Shown here: in pieces, positions 22,827 to 24,000 of the stretch
Layout: every line of letters begins with the position of its first letter
Position numbering within the stretch: position 1 is the stretch's first letter
Assembly: GCA_902475005.1 (NCBI GenBank)
Contig: CABRXV010000017.1
Location: 7,354-31,353 of the forward strand
Length of the DNA stretch: 24,000 bases
Reading direction: 5' to 3'
DNA from: an uncultured Eggerthellaceae bacterium
Lineage (GTDB): Bacteria; Actinomycetota; Coriobacteriia; Coriobacteriales; Eggerthellaceae
The notes under the pieces: model-generated
Told to the model about the DNA's origin: nothing
The model's input: the letters and a program-made list of their open reading frames with translations, nothing else
The model's database searches: none
Position numbers and translations under genes: made by a program

Positions 22827-23696
22827 ATGGAATCGAAAGACGCGAATACGCAGGGCGTAAGCGCTGCCTCTGATTGCGGCGCGAACGCTCCCGACGAGCC
22901 GATCGTGCTCGACGCCGAGCCGGTGGATGCGCCTGCCGCCGACGCCCGCGCGGCGCATGCTGGCGCGACCGCCAGCGCAACCGCCGATGAATCCGCCGGT
23001 GCGCGCATGGACGCCAAGCGCATGGCGGAGGCGTTTGGCAAGGTGGTCGACGTCGCCGACAAGGCGGTGACGTTCGCGCCCCTGCCGCCTGCGGTGAAGG
23101 CGGCGGCGAAGCGCGTCATGCCCTTCGCGAAGAAGGCGGCCATGGTGGCGCCGATGGTTGCACCGGTGGTGGAGCCGTATGCGCGCAAGGCCGCCGCAGC
23201 GGCGAAGGAGAAGGCGCCCGAGATTGCCGCAGCTGCACACAGGGGAGCGCAAACGGCCGGCAAGGCCGCTGCGAAAGGCGCCAAGGTCGCCGGCCACGCG
23301 GCAGCGCGCGGCGTGCAGGTTGCGGGTGGAATCGCTTCCGACGGCGCCAAAGCCGCAGGTCATGCTGCTGTCGCAGGCGCGAAGAAAGCGGCTCCCATCG
23401 TTTCCGAAGGGGCGCACGCAGCGGGCCGCGCTGTTGTCGCGGGCGCGAAGCTCGCAGGGCATGCGGCAGGTGCGGGCGTGCGAACGGCGGGCAGAGCCGC
23501 CGGCATGGCGGGGGCTGCGGCGTCGTCGATCGCGCAGTCGATCAGACAGCGCGGCAAGGGCGACGCGCAGGCGGCAGACGATGCGGGCGAGACGATCGCC
23601 CGCGAACCAACCGCCGCCGACCCCGTGTCCTCCGGCGCTTCCGCGCTGTCTCCCGCCGCCTCTTCCCTAACCCCTCCAACTGGGAATTCTTTCTAA
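22827..23696 (+). CDS. Ala/Gly/Lys/His-rich protein containing eight tandem 11-residue repeats
   Basis: Residues encoded at 23244-23507 read GAQTAGKAAAK GAKVAGHAAAR GVQVAGGIASD GAKAAGHAAVA GAKKAAPIVSE GAHAAGRAVVA GAKLAGHAAGA GVRTAGRAAGM. The start is uncertain: GAGGA lies only 1 nt before ATG 22827, and GTG 22797 is an alternative. Confidence 0.5.
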   Translation: MESKDANTQGVSAASDCGANAPDEPIVLDAEPVDAPAADARAAHAGATASATADESAGARMDAKRMAEAFGKVVDVADKAVTFAPLPPAVKAAAKRVMPFAKKAAMVAPMVAPVVEPYARKAAAAAKEKAPEIAAAAHRGAQTAGKAAAKGAKVAGHAAARGVQVAGGIASDGAKAAGHAAVAGAKKAAPIVSEGAHAAGRAVVAGAKLAGHAAGAGVRTAGRAAGMAGAAASSIAQSIRQRGKGDAQAADDAGETIAREPTAADPVSSGASALSPAASSLTPPTGNSF

Positions 23697-23712
23697 TTTC
23701 TCCGACTTTTCG

Positions 23713-23742
23713 TTGACTTTGCTTTACGCGCGTGCGTACAAT
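23713..23742 (+). promoter_or_regulatory. Candidate sigma-70-type promoter for rplM
   Basis: TTGACT (23713-23718), an 18-nt spacer, then TACAAT (23737-23742), in an AT-rich patch about 155 nt upstream of rplM. Confidence 0.5.
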
Positions 23743-23895
23743 GCAAAAGTTCGCTTTCAAAAGCCCCGTAAACGCAGAGAAAGCTGAGGAGCGCGGAAAG
23801 AGGGAGTCCAGGCCCACACCCCACGCGTCGGCGTAGGAAACCGACACCGAGGCACCCTGCACTTTTGAAAACTAACAACTTTTTGGAGGACAAGA

Positions 23896-24000
23896 GTGAA
23901 GACGTATCATGCGAAGCCCGGTGAGGTCGAGCGCGAGTGGGTCATCATCGACGCTGAGGACCAGGTTCTCGGTCGTGTGGCCACCAAGGCTGCTCAGATT
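23896..24000 (+). CDS. rplM: 50S ribosomal protein L13 (5' part, window-truncated)
   Basis: GTG start preceded by GGAGGA. The translation [35 protein letters not shown] is the conserved L13 N-terminus. Confidence 0.9.
   Translation, partial: MKTYHAKPGEVEREWVIIDAEDQVLGRVATKAAQI

Noticed and set aside
20403-23462. 1019-aa minus-strand ORF, the longest in the window
   Set aside because: It is entirely antisense to the well-supported DUF2207 gene and the downstream repeat-protein gene. The translation is Arg/Ala/Gly/His-rich with no recognisable motif. This is the typical stop-codon-poor antisense frame of a high-GC genome.
1-24000. Transposase, integrase, prophage or toxin-antitoxin genes marking a mobile island
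   Set aside because: No ORF shows DDE, tyrosine- or serine-recombinase, or common TA motifs. The accessory character of 10.2-15.8 kb rests only on gene content and the lower GC of one gene.

Overview
High-GC bacterial chromosomal segment (most genes about 60-68% GC by eye). The gene content and a dispersed GAATGTTTCACGTGAAACATTC palindrome suggest an actinobacterial, Coriobacteriia/Eggerthellaceae-like genome; this is inference, no search was run. Housekeeping content is a scattered set of aspartate-family amino-acid genes (lysA, hom, metA, metY) plus the start of rplM at the right edge. Accessory content: (i) a VTC-domain / DUF4956 / CotH-kinase triad at 263-3253; (ii) an Mbeg1-like (DUF2974) hydrolase with a roughly 100-aa insertion built from 48-bp repeats; (iii) a MoaE-fold protein; (iv) the most interesting locus, a Ro60/TROVE orthologue (rsr, 10477-11949, minus) preceded on the same strand by two tandem Y-RNA-like ncRNAs with permuted tRNA-like modules (about 12005-12387). 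Upstream of these lie a further long imperfect hairpin and a lower-GC AAA+/wHTH ATPase whose start is abutted by 2.6 copies of an AT-rich 19-bp direct repeat. (v) A HAD hydrolase, a lipoprotein, a small acidic ORF and a YbaN-like membrane protein; (vi) a DUF2207 membrane protein followed by an Ala/Gly/His-rich protein made of eight tandem 11-residue repeats. Non-coding DNA is unusually structured. It holds four copies of a 28-30 nt palindromic repeat, two copies of a roughly 200-bp element bounded by 16-bp exact inverted repeats, strongly C-rich strand-asymmetric tracts, several rho-independent terminators, and long leaders upstream of metY, metA and rplM. No transposase, integrase, rRNA, canonical tRNA or CRISPR array was seen. 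Many long ORFs in the track are antisense artefacts of high GC. All family assignments come from motif recognition by eye and need HMM/CM confirmation.
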